Shown here: positions 62,996 to 64,000 of the stretch, one piece after another
Layout: each line of letters begins with the position of its first letter
Numbering within the stretch: position 1 is the stretch's first letter
NCBI RefSeq assembly: GCF_001194135.2
Contig: NC_068985.1
Span: 25,357,254-25,421,253, forward strand
Reading direction: 5' to 3'
Source: Octopus bimaculoides
Lineage: Eukaryota
DNA length: 64,000 nucleotides
Notes under the pieces: model-generated
The model's input: the letters and a program-made list of their open reading frames with translations, nothing else
Databases searched by the model: none
Told to the model about the DNA's origin: nothing
Position numbers and translations under genes: made by a program

Positions 62996-64000
62996 CTGTA
63001 GAAAGAATAAAGAAAGTTACTTAAATCACATACCAATACAATTTTACAATGTTTATATTTAGTAAGTGTATGTAAGTAATTGTAATCTAGTAAGCGTATG
63101 TATGGCTATAATAGCCATTTTCTGACAGTTGCAATGAAAGCATTTGTGAAAATAATTACATGTTAGGAAGTAATAGAAATTTATTAAACTATCTTTTTTT
63201 TTCCTTAGTTAAATGTTGTTTTGCTCCCAGTTAGCCTTAATTAAGGAAACTTATTCCAGTCATGGTATTCCTATTTGTTTTGTCAATAATAGTGTACATT
63301 GAGCCTCATTATCCAATGGGTGTTCCTTTTCCAAGATAGCAAGGTGAAGTTTGACAGAAACTTGACTGTTATTTCTAGAAAGTAGCATCACCACTTAGAG
63401 ATACCAATCATTCATTAATGAGTGTATTAGGCTGGTATTTGGAATATAACCTAACAACATTCTGTACAGTGGTTTGTGTTAGGAAGGACATCCAGCAATA
63501 GAAACTATGCCAAAGTAGATAGTAGAGTTTGGTGCAGTCTTCTGACTTTCCAGCTCTTATCAAACCATCCAACCCATGCCAACATGGAAAAGCAACGTTA
63601 AATGAAGACAACGGCGATGATGATAATCAAATTCTCACATAAAGTTATAATGTAAAATTTTTATTCGAACATAGACATATTTAAAATTAAGTTGTTCTGT
63701 ACAATAAAACTAGATGTGGTGAACAATCATCTGTAGTGCCAAACTCTGGGGGTGCCACATAAATTCTGAACAATGTTTTGATTCCTCAAATTGTAGTCAT
63801 TATATTTTACTGTTTAAACTAGCCTTCATTGTGAGCAAAGTTTGTAATCCCCCCTTGTAACCAACATTTTTTCCCATTGCAGTCATCCATTTAAAACTAA
63901 TATTTTTCTAACTATACTGATTTCAGTTGCATACAGATTATTCAGTTAAATGTGATGTTTATCTATTCACATTTAAAAAAAAATTAATCATATATTATCT

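Overview
AT-rich, repeat-dense eukaryotic DNA with long introns and several N gaps. The SINE, mariner and microsatellite landscape suggests a coleoid cephalopod (Octopus-like); this is an inference. Two intron-rich genes lie tail-to-tail. (1) The last 8 coding exons of 2-oxoglutarate dehydrogenase E1 (OGDH) on + at 304-8213, rebuilt by hand with GT-AG introns and consistent phases. (2) The last 15 coding exons of a protocadherin-15/Cad99C-like cadherin on - at 62995 to 19505, encoding terminal EC repeats, a membrane-adjacent domain, a TM helix and a tail ending in a class I PDZ motif (ETTTIL*). The rest is SINEs, RTE/CR1 and restriction-endonuclease LINE fragments, six decayed Tc1/mariner/maT elements, MITEs and microsatellites. 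Best leads: a candidate 6-nt in-frame microexon in the cadherin, a 616-bp inverted repeat whose arms each carry a minimal hammerhead ribozyme with a compensatory U3-A8 core pair, an apparently conserved calcium-free EC linker, and a His codon in OGDH that A-to-I editing would restore to the conserved Arg. Homolog comparisons are from memory; no searches were run, and repeat boundaries are approximate.
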